Of a stretch of DNA of 64,000 nt, positions 50,330 to 62,514 are shown piece by piece. Under the pieces are notes generated by a model. That model saw nothing but the letters and a program-made list of their open reading frames with translations. It was not told the origin of the DNA and ran no database searches. Source of the DNA: Lama guanicoe (lineage: Eukaryota); NCBI GenBank assembly GCA_013239625.1, contig MU053934.1, positions 9,817,352-9,881,351 of the forward strand. Reading direction: 5' to 3'. The number at the start of each line of letters is the position of its first letter. The first letter of the stretch is position 1. The translations under genes and the position numbers were made by a program.

Positions 50330-50960
50330 CGAGGAAAGTTGGCGGTAACAGGCTGCAAACCCCCGTGCGGAGGAGTTCCAACCGCCTGCGGGAGATGCTC
50401 CTCCTACGGAGCTGCTTCGGCCCCTCCCCCAGGGGCCCGGATCGCGTTCGCCGGCGGCGGTAACCATGGAAACGGGCCGCCGCGCGCGGGCGGGCGGGCG
50501 GTTGATGAGTAACCCCGGGACAATGACAGCGGCGGCTCTGTGCTTATTCAGAGGCCCGGCGGGCTGGATGGGGGCCCAGCACAAAGGCCACTGGCAAAAT
50601 GACGAGGGACAGGCTTCCACAGGGGGCGTGCATGGCCCCACAACCGCCACAAAAGAACAGAGGCCCGGCCACACCTGCGCTTTTTGAGCTTTTTGATCTT
50701 CGGGGGAATTCGCAGCAGTGCGGCTGGGGGTCCTTGGTCAGAGGTCATTTTCCTTAAGGGCCCTTTATGACCACTATCCGGGCTGCGTTCTCCGTGACCT
50801 GCAGTCTCAGATGGAACCCACAGTCTCGTCCCCGCGCCTGGAGTGGGAACACGAGTGGCGCGTCGCCGGGAGGCCTCCGCCGTGCTCACCGCCTCCGGCT
50901 CGGTGGCAGGGCTGGCGGTGCGCACCCCGGAGCTGGCGGAGGCCCCTCACAGCTGAAAAC
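50330..50960. promoter_or_regulatory. CpG-rich intronic patch with RFX X-box (candidate enhancer or internal promoter)
   Basis: Dense CpG (cggatcgcgttcgccggcggcgg, cgcgcgcgggcgggcgggcgg); GTAACCATGGAAAC at 50460-50473; GC boxes; AP-1-like TGAGTAA; SOX-like ACAATG. Confidence 0.6.
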
Positions 50961-51328
50961 CAGTCCGCTCCCAGGACACACACTCGACATCACAATTTTA
51001 ACAGCCCCCCTCCCACCAAAGGCAGAAGGAGAATGTTACTTTTTTTTCAATCAAACATCACCCTTTGACATTTCAACATATCCCATAAGAAATAACTGAA
51101 CACCTCTTTCCACTAACCCGGTAGTAACCTCTCGAGAAAAGAATTTCTGAGTATCTTTTTCATCCTCTCTGACATAATCATGGGCTCCTTGACCTGAAGA
51201 GAAAGGAACAAGATGTTTTTAAAGAATGCCCAAGAATCCCTAAAACGTAGCACAGGGATGACTGACCACTGCCTGTGGAGAGTGAGCTGCCCAGGCGTAC
51301 CCCTGGGAGGGGCTGGGTGCCCCTTGGG

Positions 51329-51615
51329 ACACACACACACACACACACACACGACACACACGACACACACACAGCACACACACATCACAAACACCACACA
51401 CACACCACACACACACCACACACATACACACACCACACACACACACACCACACACATACACACACGACACACACACAGCACACACCACACACACACCACA
51501 CACATACACACCACACACACACCACACACACCACACATACCACACACACACCACACACCACACACACACCACACACACACCACGCACACCACACACATAC
51601 ACACACACCACACAC
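51329..51615 (+). repeat. Long compound (CA)n/(CACCA)n microsatellite
   Basis: About 290 bp of interrupted CA repeats. Confidence 0.97.
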
Positions 51616-54600
51616 CCCAGCACTTGGGTAGCATCTGAAGGATCTAGCTGGACACACCCACGCCAACGGTGACCCCCCATCTGTGTCCCCACCCCTTCAG
51701 GAGGCTTTGTTACTGGAGAGGCTCTTCCGGGTGAGGCTCCTTCCTGGTGACATAAGTGGTTTTGGATGCACAAGGCTCAACTGGCTCTACCTAGGGGGCC
51801 TCTGGCGCTCGTAGGGACAGGACCTAAAAACCCAGCAGGCTCAGAGCCTGCACCCCTGGGAGTAGAGTCCTGCACCCAGGAATCCCACCTGCCTGTGGTC
51901 TCGTGGTGTCCAACCCACCTCCAGGGGCCTTGTGCTGCCCAAGTCCAGCCAGGAGGTCAGCTGGAGCCTGTGCCACAAAATCTAGCATCCGCTTCCAGAG
52001 GCCCTGCGCGGACACCGGGCCTGCAGGCTTCGACCCTGCTGGGATCTGCTTCCTAACGGCTGTCGGCCTGGGCAGGGGCTCGGCCCGAGGCCCCCTTTTC
52101 TTCCACCACCTCGTAGTGGTGGAGCTGCTGGTGGTCACTGTGGAGAGAACTAAGTGACAGTGACATCAGCCGGCGTGGTCAGTTTCCAGCAAGGCGTCAC
52201 CAAGGGGCCAGAGGCTGGGCGGGTGGGGATCACTACCCCTCCTGCCTTCATTTACTCATCACACAATCCTGTAAGGTCAGCAGAACTGTCCCCATTTTAA
52301 AGAGCAGAAACTGGGACTCTGAGTACATTGTCCCAGGGCGCAAAGAAACCAAGAATGAAATGGCCTCTGCAGAAATATTTAGGACATTTATGACGTACAA
52401 AGATACCATCAAGTTAAAAGAAAAATTCAAAATGACAAAAAAAACATTGTGGGACGTATAAAGATAAGGTATATATAAAGATATCTTATAAATATACAAA
52501 GAGCAAATGTAAATTAATAAAAGATGAGTAATCTGACTGGAAAAGTTGACTGGCAACTCACAGAAGAAATAGGAATGGTAGATGAAACACTGCTCCTTTT
52601 CCCTAAAGACAGGTGTGCACATCAAAAAAGGAAGACATTTATTTTTACCTACAGGATTAGAAAAGATGAAAAAGACTGCTCTTTCCAACAATGATGCAAA
52701 TTCAGAGGACTGTCATCCTCTGCTCACTCTAGTACAAACCAGTCCAAACTTTCCAAAGGCAATTTGACCAAGGTCATCCGGGTACAAAGTCGGCAGAACT
52801 TCGGCACCAGTCATTTCACTTCTAGGAATCTGTTACTCGAAATAACCTCAAGAAGTAAAACATATACACCACACTAATGTTCACGGCAACGCTGAGAAAA
52901 AAGAGAACCTGGAAACAGACACTAAGAGGGAGCTTGCTGAAGCATCACAGGACACCCCGACAGTGGCCGATGGACCAAGGGTTTCAGAAGAGCAAGGTCG
53001 ATCTTCCTGTGTGGGAATGGGGAGTCCACGGCAGTCCACTTGAAAGAGCACGCCGCACTTGGGGTGGACGAGGGAGCGAAGAGGAAATCCCACAGGTGTC
53101 TACACCCCCAGAAAACTGCACAGACGGATTCGCAGGAAGCATGACTTTCCACTTTGCACACGTCCAGTGATTCGAATTTTTACAAGGTTGTTTTACTCTT
53201 CAATTAGTAAGACTCTTAAGAATTTTAAAAAAATAAATCTATTCCACGCATTCTTCCCCTTCCCCTGAAAAGGCTGGCCCTGGAAGGGTCTGTAGAGCGT
53301 GGCGGACAAGCCCCGGGCAGCGCTGGGCCCCTGGGTGAGCAGCGGCCCTGCCAGCCAGGGGGTCTGAAGGTGGAGGCCCCTCCTTCCTCCTCAGACTGTC
53401 TTCCCTACCTTCGTTCTCCAGGCCCAACTCCACCCATCCCTCTGTCCTCAGAATAGGCCCGTTTGCAGATCAGAGACCACCAAGGGTCTAGCCAACGAGG
53501 GGCTCCCAGCAAGTCCAGAAAGGTGTCTCACCTCCTGGAATTCTCACCCATCTCCGAGACCACTTCTTCAGGGGGTGCTTCTAGGACACCCAGCATTTAA
53601 GTTCTGGTCCCAACGTGAAACATAGCAGTTGAGACAAGCTGACAAGGTACAGACAAGTGAGCTGAAGTCAGGACTTGTGTTCTGAATTTCAGACATCCAG
53701 CCCGTCATCCACAGGTGGAGCGACACCGAGATCTCCCAGAGAGATGTACAGCAACGGGACAGAGGCCTGGGGGGGTGTCCTTTCCCGAGGTCAGTCATCT
53801 GCAGTGCTTGGAAGGAAGCACTGTGCACACAGCAAGCACTTTTTTCCAAAGATGCCAAAACAGACGCCGACGGAGTCAGGGCAGCAGCTAGGCGCCCACG
53901 ATTGGGAGGGGCTCCCGTCCAGCTTCCAGTGCCTGCCATAGTCTGAGGAGAGACTGCAGGCCACTGGGCCCCCACAAAGGCCACAGTCACCGGCTTCCCT
54001 TCAGAGGACAACTGCACACTTCTCTGGGGTGGCCGAGGGGTCCCTACGCTGAGATCCCCAACCAACACTGGCTCTGGCCGCCACCAGCACCCCACATGCA
54101 CCAGCCTCCTGTGCTGCCCCCCCACAGCTGCAGCGGGCCTGTGGATCCCACCTGGTGGCCTCTTCCCACGTCCCCCGTCACCAGGCCACGCTCTCAGTGC
54201 CTCAGCCCAGCTGACCTGTCCCTGACCCTCTCCCCACACCTCACCCTCCATCCAGGCCTCAGGGGCAGCGATCGGGGCCCTCCCTGCCCCTAACTGGCTG
54301 GCTGTGTCGCCTAGTACCCCACTCCCACCGGCCTGGAGTGCTGGGAGCTACCGTCCAGTCAGGTGGGGGTCCCCACTCCAGGGCGAGGGGTCGTGCTCCC
54401 TGCCTCCTTCCCTGCCACATGCCCAGAACCCAACAGCCCGGCACACAGCAGGAGGAGCCCCAAGGCAGACCCGATGAGGCAGCCTCCTCCCACCGCTGCA
54501 CGCTGCCTAGTTCCAAGTCCATCCGTCCGTCTGTCCAGGCTGTGGGCTCCTTGGTGGAATGGCCGTGCTGGGGGCGGCTCAGCGAGTGTCTGTCACCCAG

Positions 54601-54971
54601 CCTCCTGTCACTGCCCGCTGGCCCTGGCCTGCTGGGCCTCCACTACCACCCGCCAGCCTTAGGCCCCTCGGAGACTCAGCCCCTCAGCGGGGGATGCTGC
54701 TGGCGGGGCTGCCGGTGACCCCTGCACTTTCCCCAGACCACGTCCATCCTGCCTGCCCAGCAGCCCACAACCCTCACAGCCAGCGGCCGTCCTGGCCACC
54801 GCCGTGGTCCTGTGAGGGGCCAGCATGGTGCTGGGGACACGCAACGCGTAGAACCAGACCCCTGCTCAAGGGTGGTGCAGGCGACAGCCAACTGGTTAGC
54901 AGGATGTGGGCCAAGAGAGCCTGCGCCAAGCAGCGGCACCTGGGGGTCCCGCCCGCCAGCCGCCCCCTGTT

Positions 54972-56944
54972 GGGCGGATGGTGACAGATATACGGGCTCC
55001 AACCCTGGGCAGCTGCACCAACCCCTGCACGTGGGCCACCCTCCCTCTCCCCCAGGGAGGGCCTCTCCCGGTGGCCCCACGAGCTGCCCCAATGTCCTGG
55101 GCATCAAATAGGTCCCCATAGTACCTGTGCACGGGGAGGAGTGGGGGGCGCCAGCTGGGAATGGGGGTGGGCTCAGACTAGTGGGTGGCTCTGCTCTCTC
55201 TCTGCCATCTAGTCATCTGCTGGGTCACCCGCCCCCACTGGGCCCTGCGGGCCCCTCTACATCCTCCCCTTCCTCCCATAAGAGCCCTTTGTTGTGTGGC
55301 ATTTCTCGCACTCATGGGCCCCTCCCCCACAGAGGGCCTCGCTTACTTGCCAAATTCCAAGAGTCCCTGATGCCCCCCGCTCGGGGCAGTGATGCTGGGA
55401 CCCCAAGGTAGCTGCCGCCCCGGCCTCTCCCACCGGCCCTGGTTCCAAGAGCCCAGTTCCAAGAGCTCGTTTCCCCTTCAAGGATCCTACGAGTTTCACT
55501 CTGGCTGAAATTTAGAAATGCCAGATTTCTAGGAATGACCATGTTAAACAGTTTATAAATAGCACGTTCCCGTGGTACCGCTGAGGACACGCTGCAGTGT
55601 GAGAAAGTGCCGTGAGAGACAGATAAGCGTCTGTGACGACGACCGTGCCGGCCAGCCGGGCCTCAGCCACCTGTGCCCCTGGCCCCGGCCCCTGAGTCCA
55701 GGGAAGCTCCAGGCTCATTTCCCATCATTCCTGCCACCGCGACCCCGACCAGGCAGGACAACCCGGTGCCCAGCTGTGTTCTCTGCTCCATTTTAAAGGC
55801 ATCGACCCAAAGCCAAGTGGCTCTGGGTGCCCTGTCCCTGTGCCTGGTGTTCCCTCCAGGCCCGGTCAGTCTCCAGTGTCCCCAGGGCTACAGGTCCAAG
55901 GGTACAGAGCCCCGCTGGGCAGAACAGCCCTCGGGCAGAGTCCTGGGCGGGATCGGGGCTGGGGGTACCTGCACTGGGGGTTCTAATGTCCATGACATCT
56001 GCATGGTGGCCGTATCGTCCCCTTACTGGTGAGGAGACTGGGGCTCAGAGAGGGCGATGAGCCCCCCACGTCACACAGCCTTCTCTCCACCCGGGACTGC
56101 AGGCAGCACCTCACTGGTTGCATCCATCAGTCTGCACTGTCTTAACATACCAGCCCCGAGCTGACCCTACCAGACCACACACAGTGACCCCTGAAGGTTT
56201 CCCAAGGGCTTCCTGGGTGCCAAGGGCTGTGCCAGGCTTGGGGAAGTCAAAGGCAAACCCGACAGACTCCAGGGTTGGCCCCCTGGAGCGGGTGCCCAGC
56301 TCCAAGGCGGTCGTGTGCCTGGGGGGCTCAGGGCAGACGTCCAGTGACTGGAGACATTTTTGTTTGTCACGACTTGGGGGGTGGCTACTGGCGCACAGTG
56401 GGTGGGGCCAGGGAAGCTGTTTAGTGTCCCACAGTGCACAGGACATCCCCCTGCAGAGAGTGGCACGGCCTCAAACATCAGTGGGGCTGAGAGGAAGAGC
56501 ACCTCCAGGGGCCGACAGACGGCAAACGTGGGGGCGAGATGAAGGGGGGAGCGTGCGGGGGTCCCGAGGAGGGGCTGGGCTCGAGGAAGCCCTCTAAGCA
56601 GGGAACACGTGGGAGGCAAACACAGGGACACCGGTGGAGGCCCAGCAAGGGGGGCCCAGCAGGCCGTTCGTGGAGTTCCAGGCCCACCCACTGAGACCCG
56701 AAGGACCGGCAGGCCAGGCCGTCCCCGCCTCCATTCAGCCCGACGCCCCCCATGGGGCACAGGTGACAAAGCTGGGGCTTTACATCTCCTCCGGCAAGGC
56801 CACTCCTCGTGGCCAGTGCGTGGGCTGGGTTGGAGGGGGAGCCCTGCGTCCTGGCCATGGGCCGGGGGCTGTGCGGGGGCGGGGGGTGCTTTCCAGGGCG
56901 GATGGTGACAGATATACGGGCTCCAACCCTGGGCAGCTGCACCA
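54972..56944 (+). repeat. Dispersed exact 49-bp direct repeat (54972-55020 and 56896-56944)
   Basis: gggcggatggtgacagatatacgggctccaaccctgggcagctgcacca is present twice, 1924 bp apart. Confidence 0.96.
56300..56495. mobile_element. MER20-like hAT fossil
   Basis: ctggagacatttttgtttgtcacgacttgggggg...gctactggc...ggccagggaagctgtt...acagtgcacaggaca. Confidence 0.75.
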
Positions 56945-58966
56945 GCTCTGAACCCTCTGCACACAGCAGGAAAGGCAGGCCTCTGGGTGGCTCCCCTCGG
57001 AGTCTGTCTCTGGCCTGTAAGGGTGAGGTCATCCAAGCTCTGGCCTCTGGTGTGAAGTAAACACATCATTTTTTAAAGCAAGGGATCCGAGTGTAAGCAT
57101 TTCAGGAAACAGTTCGTTCCAAGGAGCCTGCAACTCCCCCTTCCCAGGGGTTCCCCTTGCAGGTAACTAAAGCGAGCCGGACACACAGACCGTCCTTCAG
57201 GGCCCCACTGTCCCCGGACAAAGGGACAGCTCTTCAGGGCAAGGGCCCCAGAGGTGCCTCCCTGAAAGTTCCATCGCCATGGCAACCCTGCCCCACTGGC
57301 GACGACCGGCGGAGACCAGGATGAAGGCCGCCTGCCTTCCTCCTCGCAGACACGCGGCCCGGAGAACAGGCGGCAAGAGCAGCGGGAGAAGACGGAGTCT
57401 CGGTCCAGGGAGGCGGCCCTGGGCTCAGGGTCGGGGCGACTCCCTGCTGTCTCCCTTGCCGCCTTTCGGTACTGGAAAAAGTTTGAGCGTGCTCTTCGAG
57501 CAAGCGAAAACGTGCTTGATTCCGAAAAGCAAATTCTCTTAATAGCCCACAGTAAAGCTTTAAAAAATGAAGCACACCCAGCGCTGCCTTCTCCACAGTC
57601 TGACTGCTCAGCAGTTGTCAGACCTGGGCACTGAAGGAGGGATGGAAATACAGTTAGTATGAGGGGGGCACACAGGCCACGAGCACAGCCGGGTGCTCCC
57701 CGCAGGCCCCAGGGGCCGGCCCTCCAGGTCCACCAGCCATCAGCTCAGATCAGCTCGCACCCAAGGCTCTTCAGTCCCAACTTGGACAGCGTGTGCCACA
57801 TGTCAGCCTCCCGGGCAGAGCACGATACGGAGTAAACCTTCGCCTTAGCATCGTATTAGCTATGCTAAGTTTCTCTGGCACACGGTCATTTATTCATTCA
57901 ACAAGCACTGACGCTGCCTTCACCTTGAGCTGAGCATCCAAGGCAGAGAGATCTCAGGGCAGTGGAGCTGACACTTCGCAGTGCCATGCCCCCCGAGGGC
58001 CCTTAAGGCCTAATGGGGCACCCTGGGGGGACACTGAGGGCAGACAGCAGAGGGACCAGGGGAGCAGGTGGGCAGAGGGCTGGGGGCCCGTGAGGGCACC
58101 TCCCAGGTGTGGGGCAGCACCAGGATGAGTCGCCTTTCCCGCTGACCAGTGGGCACCCTCAGTGACCACGCTGCAGCCCCAGGCCCTGGCCGCCTCTGAG
58201 AGTGTCTCCTGGCCGTTAGGTGTAGCTCCCCAGCTCGCTGCTCGAGGCTCAGCCCAGGCACTGGGTAAGAGCGCCCCGCAGCTGGCCACGTGCCTGTGGG
58301 GTGACGGGTACCTCTCCTCCTCCCTCAGCATCACCTACTTCAATTCCGCCAGGACACATGCGCTCCAGGGAGGCACGAGTCATTTCCGCCCTGAGGTCCC
58401 TGAGCTGGCCCGAGCCTGGCCCGGATCCCAGTCCCCAGCCCGACGGCCCCCAGGCTGCCAGGAGGCAGGCACTCGGAGAGCAGCTGTGTCTAACTGCTGG
58501 TTTTATTCTCTGTAGGTCAGACAACACAGGGGAGACAGTGTCTGTCGGTCACTTTGGGCGAAACAATGTGGAAGTCTGCAAGTCCAAAATGTGGATTTTT
58601 GTCTCCTTTCTTCATCTCTTTGCAGTCCTGAGTCAGGTTTTTCAGGATGCCTAGGTCAGCTGGCGTCCTTGTCCGCACCAGGACGTCCGATGCCTTACAC
58701 AGAAACATCCACATGGACGTGGGGGTCGTCCAACACCCTCAGGCTCCGGCCTGAGCACTTCAGGCCACCCTCCACCCCATGAACACGGCCACAGTCGTTT
58801 AGGTGTCCCGTGCCCGGGCCTCAGCTCACAGCTCGGCCTGCAGCACGATGAGCCTCGGGCTGTGGTGCTGACTCCCTGAGTCATCCCCACCCGGTCAACG
58901 AGAGCGAGTCGCTGCAGGAAAAATTGGAGCTCCATTCCACCTTCAGGGGCCTGCCCATACCCGCCA

Positions 58967-59017
58967 ACCCCTCAGCCCCCCAGCCCCCTAGCCCTCCAGC
59001 CCTCCAGCCCTCCAGCT
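58967..59017 (+). repeat. Short 9-bp tandem repeat (CCCTCCAG-type)
   Basis: ccctcagccccccagcccctagccctccagccctccagccctccagc. Confidence 0.8.
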
Positions 59018-61211
59018 CAGCAGGTCAGTGCCCAGTGCTGCTCTGGGCCGCCAGTGTCCACTCCAAACACCCTACCTCGAGTATGTGTCACCTTCAGAAC
59101 TCAGGCCGCGGTCACACACCCACCCCACGGGCAGGGACCCATGTGGACACCCTCCACACTGTGGTCTCACCTGTCCATCCCCTCAGGGGCCCACGCGCTC
59201 CCGTGATGCCCGGTGGGCCTCCTTCCCCCACCAACCCCGGGGAGCACCCAGTTGGAATGGTTCATTTTATGATTTCCTGTGAAAAGTTCTGCTGCTAAAG
59301 AAATGTCCTGAGTCACTGACTCCTGGGTGGCGTGGACAGCCCAGAGAAGGTGGCCACCTGTCCCCATGGAGCAGAGGCAGAGATGGAGGGAATGGGGGAG
59401 CAGGTTTTGCTTCCAGCTCTGATTCCCTGAGTCAATTTCATTTCTGTTTGAAATACCTAGAGTGACTAATGTTTCCCCAAATGGACGCTGAGTGGTTCAT
59501 CTAACTAATAAACTTAGCTTTTCAAAAGCAGGGAAGTCTAGAGAACACCTTGGAAAATCAGCTTTCCTGTGTCCAGTGCTAGCCCTCCCCCTCCAGAAAT
59601 ACACTCACCCAGACTGGCCTCACCAGCACCCCATGGGCGCGGCGTCTATGAAGCAGGCCGGCAGGCACACGTGCCAAGTTCTGGGATGTTGATGGGCCGA
59701 ATGTGGCCACAAGTTCACAGGAAGGACATCTCGCTGAGACCCAGGCTGCCCAGGAGGACAAGGCCTTGACTTGCAGAGGTGACTCGCACAGCAGGAGGAG
59801 CAGGCCTGACACGGGGCGGACGGAGCACCAAGGCATACAGAAGATGCTCATGGGAGGCCGGTGGACAGCAGGGGCCAGCATCTGTCCCATGAGCAAGTGC
59901 CCCGAGGTGGGGATCCCGGGGGACCCAGCTCTGGGAACTCGCTGGCCAGTGCCACTGGGCCAGGCCAGGTCTCCAGGAGCTGGTGCCGTCAGAGCTGAGG
60001 CTGAGACCCTGGGAGGTGGGGCCCTGGGGTGGGGTGTGGGAGGCAGAATTCCGTTTATGAACAAGGTCTGAAAGCTGAATAAAGCCTCAGGCGCAGACAC
60101 ATCTGCTTAGTCCAGGTGGGCGGGGTAGGAGGCAGGTAGGGGGCGGGGCTACACTCTGGATAAGCCCAGAGGCAGGCAGGCTACCAGGTGGGCAGCACTC
60201 AGGACAGCACGCAGGAGGGGAGGATACAAGACAATTCCAGAAGACCCATCTGACAGAGGGCAAGCTGTGGGCAGGCCTGTGGCTCTGGACGGGGCACCCT
60301 GGGCCGCAGATCCAAATGTGAGTCATGAGGCCCGAGGATGCAGATGGGAGTCCAGAGCATCATGTGAGACAGACTGTCAGGCTAGGGGACATCGAGGTGA
60401 CCATCCGGCCTGCTCTGCCTGAGACTTGCTCCCTTGGAGCATGGGGTCCCACGGTGACTCCAGTGCCAGCAGAGAGGCGGCCAGCAAAGAGCAAGGTGGA
60501 GACCCAAAGTTGTGTCTCCGGCTCTCAGGGCAGAAGCTCCAGCTCAGCCCCTGCAGACAAGCAGGGGTCCCTGGTCCTTGCCTCCAGCACCCCAGAGCCC
60601 CCAGCGGCACAGACCCCATGAGAATGAAGTGGACACCTGCCTCCCTCCCCGCCAGACAGTCCACCACCGCTCTGCTAACAGCAACCAGTCCTGACCCATC
60701 AGCATTGCCAAGGCTACTGATTTAACAGTATCTTTTCAGACATCAATAAAGTAAACCAAAAACTATCCAAGTCGGGGTGATGAAAACGTTGGGAACTAGC
60801 CAGGATGATGGCTGCAGGGCACTGAGAATGTCCCCAGTGCCACTGGGTGGTCCACTTCACGGCGGCTAGGCTGCGGGCTATTACGGTCAGTAAATTGCAG
60901 TGCGCACGCACACGTGTGCAAACACGGTAAACGAGACTGGCCTCAGGAATCACAACCCCAGGCAACTGAATTCGTTTAACCCGTGCTACTGGCTGGCAGC
61001 ACTGAAGGCTTCCGCCCTAAAAGCACCTGTGAAGCCGACCCAGAGAACAGCACCAGACAGCACCCACCGACTGTGGTGACGCAAGTGTGAGACCTTGTGA
61101 AATGACACCGCAGGGAAAGACACACGGAGAAGCTCTTCTCTGCAGCAGGATTCCTCCTCCATCCTCTCTGCCTCTCGCCAGCTGGCAGTGTGTATTTTTT
61201 TCCAGATATTC

Positions 61212-61362
61212 TTTTTTTTTTTGGAGGGGGAGAGGTAATTAGGTTTATTTACCTATTTCATTTATCTAGTTTTTGTAATGGAGGTACTGGGGACAGAACC
61301 CAGGACCTCGTGCATGCTGTGCATGCTAAGCATGTGCCCTACCGCTAAGCTACACCCTCCCC
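61212..61362 (-). mobile_element. Vic-1-like SINE with internal 9-bp duplication
   Basis: ggaggtactggggacagaacccaggacctc gtgcatgct gtgcatgct aagc...gctacaccctcccc; tail aggtaattaggtttattt. Confidence 0.9.
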
Positions 61363-62379
61363 GCCTCGCACAGTGTTTAAAAACAAACTCAGGACACAGG
61401 TCACACCCCAGGGCTGCACCAGGAAGCCGTGTGCTCACCATTGCACAGCCCCTCCCTGCTTCCCAAATCTACCTGCCACGACTGCTGGAATCCCACTCAA
61501 ACCTGCATCACCGCCGGGTGAGCCTCGTGACGCCCTCTTTGGTTGTAAAGCAGGGCTTAGAGGGGAAAGACCCGGAGGCTGGGATCATCCGCTCCAGAGG
61601 GCGCAGTCGCAGAGACTTGCTGGTTCCGGGGCAGCAGGCTGGAGGGCGTCCTGGCCGAGGCGGCCCTCGCCCATGGGGCCATGACACAGAGGGAGACAGA
61701 AACCCCTCCCAGGGCCCCCGGCTGCAGAAGAATGAGCAGCCACAAACCAGTTTGGCCCTGAAGGAGGCTGATCAGTTCTCACATTGTCCCAAATGCACTT
61801 TTGGTTCAAAAAATGGCAGGTCAATGAGGGACAGAAACAAGGGGAGGGGAAAGAGGGATCTGGCAGCAAACACAATGGCTTTCCCAGCCAGACCGGGGAC
61901 ATGGACAGCTGTCCCCACCCTGGAGCCCTCAGCTTCCTGCCTTCAGGGCCACCTCCGCCTGGTTTTCCCCCAAAACTGACTCCTGTCCTTTTCTATTTAG
62001 CAGCAAATGGCTAAATAGTCCGGGCACAGAACCACCGGCCCCCAACCCCACTTCCTCGGGTACATTTGTTCTGCAGTGAGGTGTCCTCACACACATATGC
62101 CGTAACTCATTGCACTGGACTGCCTGTCCTGCACACACACACACACACACACACACGTGCACACGCACCCCTGACCTCCGACGGCCACATGACGGATACA
62201 TAGGAAATCTCTCAGAACAATAAACCTTAATTTTTTCCATCTCTCTTCTTTGAAGGTTTGGGGGAGCGTTCAACGACACATTAGAAAATTTTCCATGCTT
62301 AGAAGAGAGGCCAAGTTGAAAAGGCGACTCCCAGGGCACAAGGCGCAAAAGGCAAAGCAGGAGCGCTGTCACCTCCAGC

Positions 62380-62514
62380 GGGGCGGCTGGGGTGCGGCGC
62401 TGGCCTAGCGCACACAGGGTGCTGGGTTCGCCCGCCAGTGCCTCCATCAAAATAATAACAGTAACAAATAAACCTTATTACCTCCCCCGACAGAAAAAAA
62501 GATTCAAAAAAAAA
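62380..62514 (+). mobile_element. Diverged Vic-1-like SINE
   Basis: Diagnostic tail aaataaaccttattacctccccc plus A-run; degenerate head gcctagcgcacacagggtgctgggttcgcccgccagtgcctcc. Confidence 0.7.

Noticed and set aside
51113..51773. His/Thr-rich and Cys/Val-rich ORFs
   Set aside because: Translations of the CA/TG microsatellite.
52640..52675. Pyrimidine tract + TAG|GTAAAA on the gene strand, resembling a recursive splice site
   Set aside because: Weak donor lacking +5 G, apparently inside an old L1 remnant, with no further support.
56167..57069. 300-aa minus-strand ORF, the longest in the track
   Set aside because: Pro/Arg/Gly-rich with no domain, and it runs through a MER20 fossil. Such ORFs are expected by chance at this GC content.
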